From the NCBI GenBank assembly GCA_017499595.2, contig CM039003.1, positions 3,472,001 through 3,536,000 on the forward strand: DNA of 64,000 nucleotides, read 5' to 3'. Position 1 is the first letter of the stretch. Each line of letters begins with the position of its first letter. The notes under the pieces were generated by a model that did not search any database, had not been told where the DNA came from, and was given only the letters and a program-made list of their open reading frames with translations. The translations under genes were made by a program, and so were the position numbers. Shown here in pieces: positions 37,019 through 50,356 of this stretch. This DNA is from Psilocybe cubensis (Eukaryota).

Positions 37019-40000
37019 TTACTTCAACGCATCCGCAACCATCTCGAGAATCTCCTTCGTCGACTTGCCAACGTTCTTCACGTCCTTCGCAATCGACTGC
37101 CACACAGGCGAGTGGTGCGGTTCAGCGGCGACGCACTTGGTTCTCACATTCTCGCGTTGCTCCTATCCCAGCCAATGCATCAGGACATATTCACAAACCA
37201 GGGGAATAAAAGAAAACCCACCTCGTTCCCGTGTTGCCTCTCAAACTTTAGCCACCAGCCCCATATATCACCCAGATCTGGATCCGTTGCGGTTGCCCGC
37301 CCAAACCAATCTCTCGCCCTCTCAATCATGCGGTCAGCCCAAAGCACCCTCGCAACCGTACACACCACCAGCGGACTATCCTTAGTTTTCCTCAAGGCAT
37401 CCACTGACTTTGTCTTGCGCGACGCGCGCGGTTCAGACCACAGAGCGAGAGACCACAATAACCCAGAGGCAGGGCACTCCTGCAGAGCGCGGGAGAGCAT
37501 CGCTTTCGCTTGCGCAGATGTGAGACTCGAGATTGACGCAGACGCAGGTGTGAGCCCTGACGAGGCAGACGTGCCGGATGAAGCGACCGCCGCACGCTCT
37601 TCAACGCACACGGCTTCAGCCCACAGAACCTCGTTTGCTGGGTTCACGAGTCGTCCCTTTTCCAACAACGAACGGGCGCGAATGCTCTTTCCATCGGCCT
37701 CTTCGAGTCGGCTTGCCAGGATCCACAAAGTAGGTTCTTTCGGGCAGGCTTTGATCCCTGCCGCGAACGCAGCGCGTGCAGCGGAGATGTTTTTGAGGTC
37801 GAATTGTTGAATTTGGCCTTGGATCATGTAAAGCTTTGCAAAACGAGGGAACTTTTGGAGTGCGGTTGTCAGCGTCGCGAGGGCCGTATCTGTCTGACCC
37901 TGCTGTCGCTCGAAGACGGCGGATTTCATCCATATCTGGCAACGAGTCAGTGAACATGCATACTCGGAAAATTAACAACAAAAACACCCACCCGCTCGGT
38001 ATCTGCGACCGTCCTGGCACGAATCAACAACTCCCGTGCGACACCAAACTCGCCGTTCTCCGCCTCGAGCTTGACAGCTGCAAGCCAGATCTGCTCGCTC
38101 TCCGGGTTGGCAACGAATGCGCGCTCCAGAACTTCACGAGCCGCGGGTACATCACCCGCAAGCCACTTCTCTTTGGCCGACATGAGCCAGAGCACCTCTG
38201 CCTGGGGGCAATACACCACCGCGCTTGCCAGAATCGCGTCAAGCGACTCCCTAACACAAATTTCAGTCCGATCGATAATGGAACAAAAGAGAACACACAC
38301 CTCGTCCCATGCGCCTTTTCCAACTCTGCAGCGCGGCGCCACAGATTCCTTTTATCCGGGAACACCTTCAGTGCATACGCCAGTACCGCCCGCGCAAGGC
38401 CAATTACACCGCGCGCCTCCGCTGCCTCCGCATCGCTGACCCACGTATCCAACCGATCCTCCTCCTCCACGTCCATCGCCACCGTAGCCTTCACAATCGC
38501 CTCACACGTCCTCGGGCTGCCTTCAACCTCACACCGCTCTGCCTCTTTAAGCCACTGCTCACGCGTAAGCAGCACCTCATGCCTGCGTAGATCCCTCACC
38601 GCACCCTCGATCGTCTTATCCACCAACTCGAGCTCCTTCTCCCTTTGCTCTTTCGACTTGGGTTCACCTGACTCTGTCGGAGCCGACGCCTCCTGCTCCA
38701 ACAACCGCCCGGCCGCAATCCAAATCTCATGCGAAGTCGGCACCGCCTTCCTCGCCTTATTCAACACCTTCTTCGCCTTATCCGGGCTCTCCAACCGCGC
38801 AAGGGCCAGCCACAGCTCAACGCTCAAGGGAATCACCTCCACCGCGCGCGCCAACAAGATCCTCGCGTCCGCGGCGGACGTCTCTAGGTTTACGGTCTCC
38901 TTCCACAGCCGGACAGAGTTGGGGATGTGCTCGAGTGCTTTACGCAGCACGCGCTTTTTTGCGAGTGGGTCTGTCTCGAGGCCAGCGGCGGTGAGCCAGA
39001 TTTTGACGGATTGCGGGAGGTGCTGCACCGCGTTGGCGAGGACGACTTTGGCATCTTCGGTGTTCTATGTAAGTATATTAGTACCATATTATTTCGTTTG
39101 GGAAAAAAACAAGAAACGAGAGCTTGGTGTGCGGCACGGAGCAGTGACAGGCAGCGCCCACATAAAAAAGCTCAAGAAAAAAAAAGGGAGGGCACTTACA
39201 TGCAACCGTGCTGCCTCGATCCATACATCCTCACTCTTCGGACAATGCTCACACCCCATCTTGATAATTTTCCTCGCCTTTACCATTCTCCCCGCATGCT
39301 CCTCCAAACAGGCCGCAGCGATCCACCCGGGCGCATGCTTCGGGTTACTTTTCACCAAACTATCAAACAACATGCGTGCCCTCTTGATATCGCCAATCTC
39401 CGCCGAGGATTTGAGTGTCTGAGAGTGCGAGGACAGGGACGTCAGGTAGCCCTTGGGGTCGATCGACGAGGATGTGCCGGAGAGAAGAGAAGAGGTGCTG
39501 CCGGGGGGAAGCGAGGAAGCGAGGCCAGAGGAAGAAAGCTGGTCGAGTTTGAGCGAGAGAATCTTGTTTTGAGCCTGGCCAATTTCGACAAAGTTGGTGG
39601 ATGTAAGACTACCAGCATCCGCGGGGGTTTCAAAGCCTCCGTTCTACAGAGAAAAATATATGAAATCAAAACCAGTAGTGTATCTAACACAGAAGTCTAC
39701 TCACCTGCTGCTGCCGTGGATCCAGCGCGCTCTCCATTTCACCTTTACTTCGGTCACCAACAAGGACGCTATCAGGGACAACATAGCTCCTTTCCTCTCT
39801 TCTACGCTTCTTGCGCGTCAGATTACCGACTTCTGGGATGTTTTCCCATTCCTCGTCGGTGACACTCGAAAGCCCACGTTTGAGGTCGGCGAACTGTTGT
39901 TGAATTTTGGGGCGCTCAGCGCGGTGCTTGGCGAGCTGAGCTTGTTCAGCAGCTTCTCTGTGAATTTTCAAACGAATGGGATGTTAGTGGAACGGGAACA

Positions 40001-40509
40001 CGATAAAGGGCACGACTGACCCAGTAACAACAAGCAATAAAAATGAAAGAGAGTTAGGGAAAGAGCACCCACCTCCGTGCACGGCGCCGTGAATCCATGG
40101 CCTCATCCACCGTCTCGTATATCTTGTCCGCCTCCTCATCGTCCTGCTCGTATGTCGTTCCGGCAAAGAGGCCGACTTCATTGTCTGGGTCCTGGAATTG
40201 GTCGGGATCAATCTCAACCTCCTCCCCGCGCTTCGCCTGCGCCTCGCTGGAAAATGTAACAATATGTCAAAGAAGATCTTAAGAGAGAGTACAAAAGTCA
40301 CTTACGCAATAGTCTCCGCCGATGGTCCCTCTCGCGCAGGTCCGATATCTGACCGGGTCGTGAATCCAGAAGCACTAACACAGTAATCAGTCAAAAAATG
40401 AAGCATACCACAGAACCCATCAAACGCACCCTCGTCCCAGACCAGCGACATACGACGCAGGCGCCGGCATTGACAAGAATGCCAGCTTGTTCGGTTTGTT
40501 CGACGCCAT
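37019..40509 (-). CDS. PRP6: Pre-mRNA splicing factor PRP6 (U5-102K / S. pombe Prp1), HAT/TPR repeats
   Basis: [149 protein letters not shown]. Multiple GT-AG introns. Confidence 0.97.
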
Positions 40510-42574
40510 CGTTCCTGATGTCGTGGTAAGTGGTCAACGTTGTAGAGTCACTGTATTTCGGTTGCGTCACGGTGAAGGGTGACGTGACTGATATGTTATG
40601 TCACGCTGCTCACGACGATCAACTCCAACTTCAGGGTGAACTCGGAATATGCTTATCGCCACCAACCCATCGTCCCACATTTTTCTCCCCACAACATTGC
40701 TTCACCTAAACCATGCCAACCCACATTCATTCCAACGAATATTCCACGAGGATGCTGATCGGGTCGAGTCAAATGCAAATTTGATTTCAATCTCCGCTTG
40801 AAAGCACGAGTGCTCACGATTTTACCTTTCCTCTTGCGCGTCCAATCTTTACTCCATTGTTCAAAAGCCTGTGTGCGCTTTCGTCTGTTAAGCATATCCT
40901 AAGCCAGCTATAACACATGATATTTCTTGAAGGAATCGCAGGAGATAGGGTTAAATGATAAAGGTACGCTATCGTCATCTGATTTTCGTCCACTGATGAT
41001 TATTCAAGTTTGCTTGCCAGCGCTCGGTTCCTATCCACCGCCATCTCTTCCTCTTTCTCAATTGACTAAATCCCGACTCTAATGGCAGGTAGAAATGGTT
41101 AATGCGATGAATAGAACCAGTGTTCGGGCTGTATTTGCGAAATCCAAAGGGCACGGACTGTTGGTATGTCTTTTGTTCCAGATTGTCTGTGCTAGCGTCG
41201 TCTCCTGAAACGCTTTCGGACCTCATAATTGGTCTTCCCTATTTGTTTCTCCCCAATTCGCATTACACCCGGATTCCCATCAAAATGGCGCATATGTCAG
41301 GGTATCCACGGTGCACCAATCGGATTCGGTTGATATCTACTACTCGTTGATTGACTTTCTCATGTAGGGATGCGTGCACACCCTCTTCCGTTTCTTCCAC
41401 ATAGGCCTAGGTGCACCTGGTCATGGTCTTGCGTGTTGTCCTGGATTTAATCCCGCAAAGAACTCTCATCTTGTATTAAATTTACGAGGTTTTCCGTAGG
41501 TCGAGGACCTGGTGTATCGTGGCTGTGATGTCAATATACCGAAGGATGTAATACGGATGTGGGGAGGTGATGTTTCTTTCTTACCTTTCCCATTATCATA
41601 CGCTTCTTCTATGTGGTTTGATTTTTAGTACCTCCCTTCAACCGAATCCTCAGCGGATTATGACGATGGTCAAAGCCATTCTCTTTCACTACTGCTTCTG
41701 AACCTGCCTCTTCAGTCATTCCGTTTCCCAGCTATATGCTGGTCACGAAGATCCTGATGCAGTTGATGTGATGTATGTGTTAATGTTTTCTTTCAAAACC
41801 ACTTGTACCCCACATAATTTGTATTGGGTTCGTGTATATGCGCAACCGCGAAGCGTATATGAATTTATAGGCTCTATGTCTGCACAATTTGGCCTAATTC
41901 CCGAGTTGGCTCTGCTTGTGTGCGGCCATACTCGCGTGTAGGCTTATCTTTCCATGGAGATGATATGTCGCACATTTCCTCCCGCCTATTTTGAAAAAAT
42001 GGTTCAAATCTGGCAGCTAATTCGAGTAATTTCAAGCTCGTACCCACCTAAACGCAAGCCTTGTCTAGGCATAAGTATACACTGTGCCAATAATCATGTT
42101 TTTTGAGCATCTCCCGGGAGCATTGGACATTGCGTTCACCCCGCTGCCAATCACGTCACGGACATAGGTTCAGCTTATAGATATGATGAGTACTGCTTCA
42201 GCCGAAGCAAGTCAGTCTGGGAATATATTAGACGATGGAGTTCACGATTGGGCCCCGTGGTTCTGTAGCCATGCGAAGTTATGCATCCGTGGCGGACGAT
42301 CGAGAAGATATGGTGGGAGAAATGTTATGGGAGCTATAGTATCTTCTTATCGTATGGCGCATGAACAATAAGGAGCTTTTATACCTGTAATGAGATGCTC
42401 TCGAGATCACTAAGCAGCTGACGAGATCAAAGGTTTCTGTTCATTAATAGGCAACCAAGTGTGGATTCACACAATCTACGCCCGTTGTTGTTCTTTAACG
42501 CTACACACCCATAATGCTCCCTCATGAAAAATGCCATCTAGATGCTCTGGCGTTGCACTTGTACATCCTCAACT

Positions 42575-42593
42575 TTATCTGTCTATCGCTACA
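42575..42593 (+). promoter_or_regulatory. 19-bp motif copy 5
   Basis: Exact consensus; mirror of copy 3. Confidence 0.5.
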
Positions 42594-42609
42594 CCACAGT
42601 ACGCAAGAT

Positions 42610-43314
42610 CACCGACTGACGATCGAGCGGGCGCCATTCGCGCGGTATGCATGGCAGGGAGATTCTGTAGTACGTGTTTTGATTTTTGAGCGCACTAGCG
42701 GGGAGCTAACACCCGCCGAGGTTACACAGACGGTCGTTCGTTCGATTCTCAGAATTGCGGACAACATTGAACTGAAAGACGCATGGAAAAGGCCCAGACC
42801 CTTGGAGTATTCATTCCAGACCAGAGGCCATAATGTTGGTGATATGTTGCACTAAAGGGCATAGGGCAACATTAAGCCAAATAGAATCATTGGTAATGAA
42901 GAAGTACCCAGCGTTGAAAACAACCAAATCACTGGTAAAGAATGGCGAGTAAGTCCCGTATTTCATTCAAAATATTTTATTATTCATGATTGTTTATTAT
43001 GATACATAGGGTACAATCCGACACAATCTTCCAGATATATTCCTTTCCTCTAGTCACTGGTACTCCTCCGCACATCAATCACTTACCCCCAAAATTGTAC
43101 ACTCACCCGGGACCGAGTCACAGTCTATATCAGACGCTGAAGAATTGAAGGAGAAGGACCAGTATGCCAATTATGGCAAAGACTCCGATTTCTTCAGCGG
43201 GGCCCTATCCGATCTATAGCTTCGGCCTTACGACTGAGCAAGAATGGTGTTGACCATTCAGACATTGCAGGACGCAGGGGGGCCTGGAGATTGGATGTCA
43301 CGAAGATCAAATAG
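42610..43314 (+). pseudogene. Scrambled forkhead gene copy, mirror of 25316-26050
   Basis: Same permuted order, with an extra ~40-bp deletion at the exon 4/exon 1 junction (CGACACAATCTT|CCAGATATATTCC near 43030). Confidence 0.85.
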
Positions 43315-43868
43315 CTGGATTTTCAAGATTATATGTTCCCTTCTAAATAATTGCCTATATAGCTTATTATGGATTCATGTACCTCAAATATTTTAGATGT
43401 GATACAAACTCTGCTGAGTCTGTTATGAGCTAAGAGTGCTGAGAGATGCACCAAACCATCTTCCACTAGAACCAAAAGGCCGTTCGCAGCAAGTGTCCCA
43501 TGGTCACTGCGCTTCTTATCTCGGAGATACTAGCTGAGTGCAACCAACAGTGTTATCTTATTTCTTATCTCATTCTGTGACAATTGTCCAGCGTTGATGC
43601 TGTCCCCACCCACCCTTTAAAGAAAAACGGTGCTCATATCATTTTTGTATCATTTTCATTGCATTATAACCACTTAATGTTGGCTACCTGTATAGTGTCA
43701 AACCCAAGCACTACCCTGAAGCCTCATATGTGGACGCTTCCCGTTCTTTTGGTGATGCTCACGATCAAGCACCACCACATGCCCCTGTGAGACAGCGCCA
43801 GCCAAGAAGCGTGGTGGCGCCGGCTTGAGCTGCGGTCATCTGTCTGTATAAAGACGCCTAAAGGGCGG

Positions 43869-45957
43869 CGATTGGGCAGTTTGAAGCCCAGAAAATGCTA
43901 CCTGTTGATATGGCGCAGCTGAAGAGCCGGGATCTACTGAGGAAAACAACGTCAATGCCAATACTGGAGATACTGTTTGCAGTGGGTGTACCATTATCTT
44001 AAGGTTACAAACATGGAGTACGTCGGCTCTTACATTGAATGTTCTTGAAGTTTTGAGAAGGGCAAGATGGAGACGGTTCCATCGTAATATCCTGGCGAAG
44101 CTGAAGGTGTGAAGAAGACTCCAGCATCGGTTGAACACAGTCTCACGGAGATGTCTGTTCATCGATGGTGGAAAACCCTATATGCGATCTGGAAGTTGCT
44201 ATGGGTTTTTTGTTTGTCGCTGTATGTACATTTGAAGTCCAGTTGATCATTGCGGGTATGCGGTTACAGTCAGCGTCAAATTGTGAATATGCATTATCGC
44301 ATTTCTTACTGCTCAAGTCGGCAGAACTTGCAGACAAACACAAAGATGCAGGGGATGTGGCGATGTGTTCGAGGGGGTATCATATTTATATCTGTTGATA
44401 TTACTATCTCACGGTTCATGTATAAGTCGAACCTTAGACCATTCATAGTGAAGAGCAGTAAGAGCCTGACGGAATACCACCCAAATGTACGGGTTCATTA
44501 CGATAGCGACACAACGAAGCTGGGTGATTTGGGAGATAATTCAAGACGAGCAAGAATATATTCGAGGAGGCCGCACCGTCAACTGTACCACTATAACAGA
44601 GGTGGCCCCAACAACCGCTCCTGCGCAGAATCTTCCCCACGCTTACGGGTGCTCGCGCTCTGAACCCACAAAGCCCTCGAGCAGTTGACGTATACGACCG
44701 ACCTACACTCTCTGATCACAGAAACGTAACACCTGAATCTTCTGTCGGCTTGAAGCCGGCACATCTGCAGGTGCCAGAACAGGTAAAGTACTTGCTGTTG
44801 AACGCGTTTTCGGTCCGTTCCGTAGGAAATTAAAGAGAGAGAAGCAACGGTGTCTCGACATTGTTCTGGATGCCGTACTAGGTGTAGATCATCAAAAAGA
44901 GCCGCTCTACCAACACGAATACAAAGAGCCGGATTATATCCTAAGAGAACTGACAGACTGTGCAAGAAACAAACATAAAGCAGGCACCATTGATCCAAAA
45001 TACACGCATCAGGCGCATATACACATGCCCTATATCCAGAACTACAAGAAACAAGGTAGAGACCATATCAAAATGCGCATTTTTCACGTCTAGCATGATA
45101 CCCACGTGTCTCCAAAGCGGAACCACTGCAAGCAGAAACGGTAATACCAGTGGCGAAGTCCAGAGGGAATGAAATACCACCGAATGATTTCCCAGACGCC
45201 AAGAACAGCATGCACCAAAGCATCGAGTCAGCCGTCTATCGTAGAATCGATAACCATACAAACGCCACCGAACAAGACTTTATGGCCTCATATGGCTTCC
45301 TGTACCCGCAGGATAGACTCCCGGGTCCCGTCGGAATGCACCACAGTCAGACCTGCCCATGAATAAGATGGAAATGCGTTCAGAACAAGGAGGAATAATC
45401 TGCGTTTTCCCGACGTCCGCCTCTTCCTCGTTGGTGGCAGCGCATGGTTTTGGTTGTCGATTACGCAGGACAGAATCAGGTATACAACAGAGAGTCGGGA
45501 TATTCAACAGTAGTGCCTGTGTTCCTAAGAGCATAGGGTTGTGCGACACTGCTTGCGCGCATACAGCAAAGGAGTTCGTAGCGAGTTGTGAGGCAGGGAG
45601 GCAGGGTGAGGAGATGGGATATATGAGGATAGAAGATGTAGTATATGGGGGTGTAAGAAATGATTCGAAGATGATTTAAAAGACTTACCTGCTTCCTAGT
45701 TCCTGGGCCGCACCCTTGCTTGCACTCTCCCAACTTGCCCCTGCATGCTCGCACGCCTTGATGCGCATATTCGCTATTGGAGCAACATCAGTTCGGTACA
45801 TGGGAAATATTTTCAGTAATTCCGTCGACGGTCGATGGGTTTGGTCTGTGTTGAGTGTCATTATCGTGCGGGTGGGTGGAGGCAAGGTGGAGGAAGAGAG
45901 AAAGTCGCTTTTATTTGGGTTTGTTGTTTGCAAGGTCAATTAGGTAGGCCGGGAACA
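43869..45957 (-). pseudogene. Family E relic (F-box-like), inverted copy of 11673-13598
   Basis: THRPSTELLKIFPMYRTDVAPIANMRIKACEHAG vs THRPSTQLLKIFLMYRTEVDPIANMRIRACEHAG. Several further matching ORF fragments. Confidence 0.5.
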
Positions 45958-46428
45958 CACCAAAGTCATCCTGCTTCGCAATCCACCACATCCCCTGCAT
46001 TTTTTGACTGCGTTTCGAGCTTTTCTTTGTTTCAAATCGTCGTTCGAGTGGCTGGTGAAGAACTGAGTGGGGACGGCAGTGGACAAAAGGTAAAAGCACA
46101 GAGCAGCGCGGCGAGTTGCTTGGCCTTGCTGTTGTCAAGCGCATTCAAACTCCGCTTTCACGTCCACAGCACCGCACGGCCGCGGTGACGGCGACGGTAT
46201 CATTCGCCTCGATTACTCTTCTCCACTTTTTCTATCAAGCTAATGTAGTGTTGTAGTTTGTATGTTAAAATTTATATTGCAAGTTGTGCACCATGACTAG
46301 GTCTGCCCGTTCATGTTCTCACGCTCATCACTCAAAATAAAGGAGATAAGATAAAAACAATATGTTCATCTAGCCTCCATCGATCTAGTCGATGGACTGA
46401 TAAGATACTCATTTTAATTGTATCCACA

Positions 46429-47420
46429 CTACTTCAATCGTCGCTTTTGCCTCTTCCTTCGCCCTACATCAGCCTTGCCCTGGGAGCAAATCTCCTCCCG
46501 GGTTCTAAACCAAGGGTCTCTATCACTTCTATGACCCTGCATTTTTCGCGGCTTCTGTTCAGTCTCCCCACTATCCCCATCTCCAGTTGACCCGCTCATC
46601 TCCGACTCCCTGCATAAAAAATCTGTCAGTGTCATGATATCGAGAGATAGAAATCCACAAAGTACCTTCCATCTTCGTTTGGGCTCGGTACCGGTCGAGG
46701 CATCTGCTCAACGGGAATATCATTCCCGGAGCCGTGCCTGGGGTGTTGTTGTGCTCGGTGCTGGAAAGTATTTATTTGTGCGATTTCTGTCTCTCCGGAT
46801 GGACGACAGAAATTATTTGCATGTTCGTTATGACTGTTGCTCGGTACGGCTACCCTGGATGGCCTATTTTCCATGTTGTACGGGTGATGTCTGTTTGAAG
46901 AAGCTCCCGCTGTCTGGCTCCGCATGACGCCTTGTGAATGATTCTCTCGGGAGTGGCGTGACGTGCGAATGAGAACGGCTGGGTCTACCGTTCCAGTGGC
47001 CAGGCTATCCAGTACAAGACGGTCCACACTTGATGACTCGGACTCATTGGTGATATTTCTGTCATATTGGGACTCATCTCTGCCTCGTGGAAGTCCACTG
47101 ATCACTGCAACATCCGCTGACGAACGGAAGAGTCTTGTGGAATCCACGTTTGGTGTCGCGTTTCCAACATCGACGGTATGACTTGAAAACTTTGCATAGT
47201 ATATCTCCAAGAGATCTCGTGGGGTAGGTCCCACCAACGACAAAATGTCAGTCCAAGGTCCAGAGGTATAGTGCAACGATGATGTTGCCTGTGGCTCCAT
47301 TACATATGGTGGGGCACCAGCACCGGAAGAATTTCGAGCGGGTTGAGCTGATCTGGGAGTGCTAACAGGAACGGTTTGGGAGGAGTGAACGTGAACGATG
47401 TTGACGTTGAATGTAGACAT
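46429..47420 (-). CDS. Family B copy B3, near-identical to B2
   Basis: 262-aa first-exon ORF almost identical to 21381-22166. Same intron and identical last-exon translation. Confidence 0.8.
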
Positions 47421-50337
47421 TGCAAAGTGCTTGTAAATTGAAAGGACAAAGTGTAAGAAAGAGGTAAGGCTATGGGTGTTTGGGAATCAGACATGATTGT
47501 TCATTCCATATTATAGGCCTACAAACTACTTCTCAGCACGTTTCTTCCATGAAGGGGCAGTGGCAGATGTGAATTAGAACCTGCCAGACATCGCATGTCC
47601 TCGGTATCAAAAAACTAACCTCAAGGCGCGGAATTCCAGTTCCGTGGAAAAGAAATATACATAGCTTTAGTCGCCGCGTTGTTGTTATCCGGTGATCAGT
47701 TAGGACCCTAATCGTTCCAATTGGATGCTGCGCTCGACGGAGGAGTTACTGTGTATGTTCGAGCTACGATGTGTAGAGTGAAATGAAATGTATGAGGTTC
47801 ACATCACTTCGCAAACAATCCGCAGTACAAGCACACTGCTCATAGCACGTGTTTGTCTGCTCTCAATGCTCCACAACACTTTGAAAACATACGGCAAAAG
47901 ATAAAGCTGAAAGCGCAAAATGCCATAAACTAAACCCGTCACACATCATAATTGTACATGTACATTGGAGAGATAATGATGCAGGCATCACACCATATAA
48001 AATGTATGTACACAGTACTTACTAGTATACCAAGGTTGTGTATATCGCCCCCATGTATTTACAGTGTCGTGGATGTCAACATATGCCAGAGAGGAGGATT
48101 ACGGTGAGCTCAATAGAACCAGTGAGCGGATGGAGCCAGTGAGCGCAATAAAGCCAGTGGACCTGATGGAGAGCCGCAGAGTTCATGCAAAGAGGGTTGC
48201 CAGCAGATGCGAATTTCAAAGGCAGATTCATATACCTGCAGTAGAATTTGTACCTACCTGACTTTATCCCACTTTATAACCGCCTCAACATCACCCTTAT
48301 TCCCGTTAAAGACTCCCTATCGTAGAAGCATTAGCACCCGCAAGATTCGCTATTGAAGGAATGTGTAATCTCTTACAAATCCGACATCTGATGCGTTGCT
48401 GGTATTGACTTGGCATTGAGTATTCCCGGGTATTCCACTTTCTGCAGAGGTGAGGAAATTTTTGCCATGACTATCGGTCTCCATGACGCATTTTTGGCCA
48501 ATCTGCGATACGTTTTATCAACGATGGTAGGCTCACAACGTTGACTTTTGAGTACGTACGTGGCAGTGTTTTGCGTTTGTAGAAACAATCATTCCGTCTC
48601 TGTCTGTCTTTGGTGATTATGTCAATAGCGCAGGGGGGTTTAAAAAATCGCAAGGTCAAACAGACCTGCGGAACGAGTAGTGCAGTATCTCCAGTATAGT
48701 GGACGGTGGCTCTGCCTGATCTAGTCCCGGGCATGGAAAGAGCCTCTGCAGGGGGATTATCAGACGCAGATACAGTATACCAACAGCATACAGAACCTAC
48801 TCCAGGTCACTGGAAACAAGGACTTGTACATGGCTTGCTCATGGGTCGGTTCAAACATGAGCAATATAGAAACCGAATTTCGAATGGGCAAGCCAATGCG
48901 ATACCCATCCAGTAATTGAGGACTTTGATGCCGAGCGGAAGCAGGGATAGAGGGACAGGAGAATGAGAATTTGGTAGGTTTATGTGAAAGACTCACTGTG
49001 CTTTGATAGGGTCCCCGCGCCTAGCACTCATCACCCCTGCACCGCCCATATTTCGTCGTTTGCTTGACCTCAATCACAGCCCTACTGCATATATTCCTTC
49101 ACCTACGGAATGACACATGAAATCACCGAGGTTTGCGGGGACTTCTCGATGACTTCTGAGATGTCGAGGCCGGCGTGCAAGACGACAATGGACCGACTTC
49201 GAGCTCGTGGACCGGGTCCCATGTTGGCTAGCACCCTGTACGACGCAAAGAGACCTGGAAGCGGGAGGCGGTGCGTTGATATACATTGGTCCGAGCGTGA
49301 ATGAAGCCGCATCGACGGGAAGATGAAACGGTGCCATGCGAGGCTTACCAAATGGTGCACAGGTGAGATGGGAATCTTCTGGAGGTGTTGTTGAGGGGAG
49401 AGGGGGGGATTGGTCAATTCTGCTTCTGTCAGTTCCAGACGTAGACATTCGAGTGGGAGGCACTTACGAAGAGCAAAGTCTCTTGTTTGGTTTGGTTACT
49501 AGATAGTGGAGGGCTGTGGAGCTGGTCTCAAGTGCCATAATCTTCAACTTTCTACGCTTGAATAGATAGACGAATGAACAACGGTGGGTGAGGTCCAAAG
49601 GGGGGAAAGCGAAAAGAAAGAGAATTCCAGAATTCGGATCATCAGGGAGGTCCGAGGTGCCGGTAAAGTACGGAAACACACCTTTGAGAGTTCCTGTCAC
49701 CTTCCATCATGCTCTACGGCACGAGCTTGAGATATCTTGGCCAGATAACGGCAAACACGGATGTCGTGGGATTGGTTGAGCGCCCGACAAAGGGTCTTCA
49801 AGCGGAGATCGAAAACCGCGTTCTCTTCCCCACGAGTCATCGACGCAAGCGAGGCAAAAGACGATGGCGTAATATGGGTTTGTCAATCAGCACAAAGGAT
49901 TGTGATAGTATTTGTGGTTTCATACAAAACGGCTCTTTGTGAGAAATAGTTTTGATTGTTTCGTCTGTCAAAGAAATAAAGAGCATTAAGGGGCACGATG
50001 GTGAGCCCAGTAGCTTTTAGAGTAAATCCGAGAATGACATATCGCTATACGGAAGGCTTAGACCCAGTGAAATTCTTTGTAGTGCTTCAATAATTTTGTA
50101 CAATCAAGGAACAATGAGTATGTGTGGCTCATCACAAAGCATCCTTTGCCGCCATTACCGACAAAAGGACTTTGTTGTTGTGTTAACTATAGATACTGAA
50201 ATCCCGAGTCAAATTCCAGCACTCAATTCCTCGAATGATGCTAACGTTGAAGCTGGTAAACCCTCTTCTGTGGCATAGAACTATTCAATCAATGTTACGC
50301 ACCATGCCTCGACTCACGCAAGCTCGAGCAATATCAC

Positions 50338-50356
50338 TTATCTGTCTATCGCTACA
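50338..50356 (+). promoter_or_regulatory. 19-bp motif copy 6
   Basis: Exact consensus, 24 nt before CACCATGAAGCTCAGTG|gtacgt (ATG at 50381, intron with ctaac branch). Confidence 0.55.

Larger units (their letters stand above)
40756..43601. repeat. Right inverted arm, inner part; partner 25029-27947
   Basis: Reverse complement of the left arm. Begins ~250 bp upstream of the PRP6 ATG. Confidence 0.92.

Noticed and set aside
37836-39422. 528-aa plus-strand ORF, and other plus-strand ORFs at 37013-39862
   Set aside because: Antisense shadow of the GC-rich PRP6 exons; no recognisable protein features.
48300-49900. Possible gene remnants here and at 17400-18300, 33000-33500 and 59000-59700
   Set aside because: Coding-like composition, but no consistent frame or recognisable family could be established by eye.
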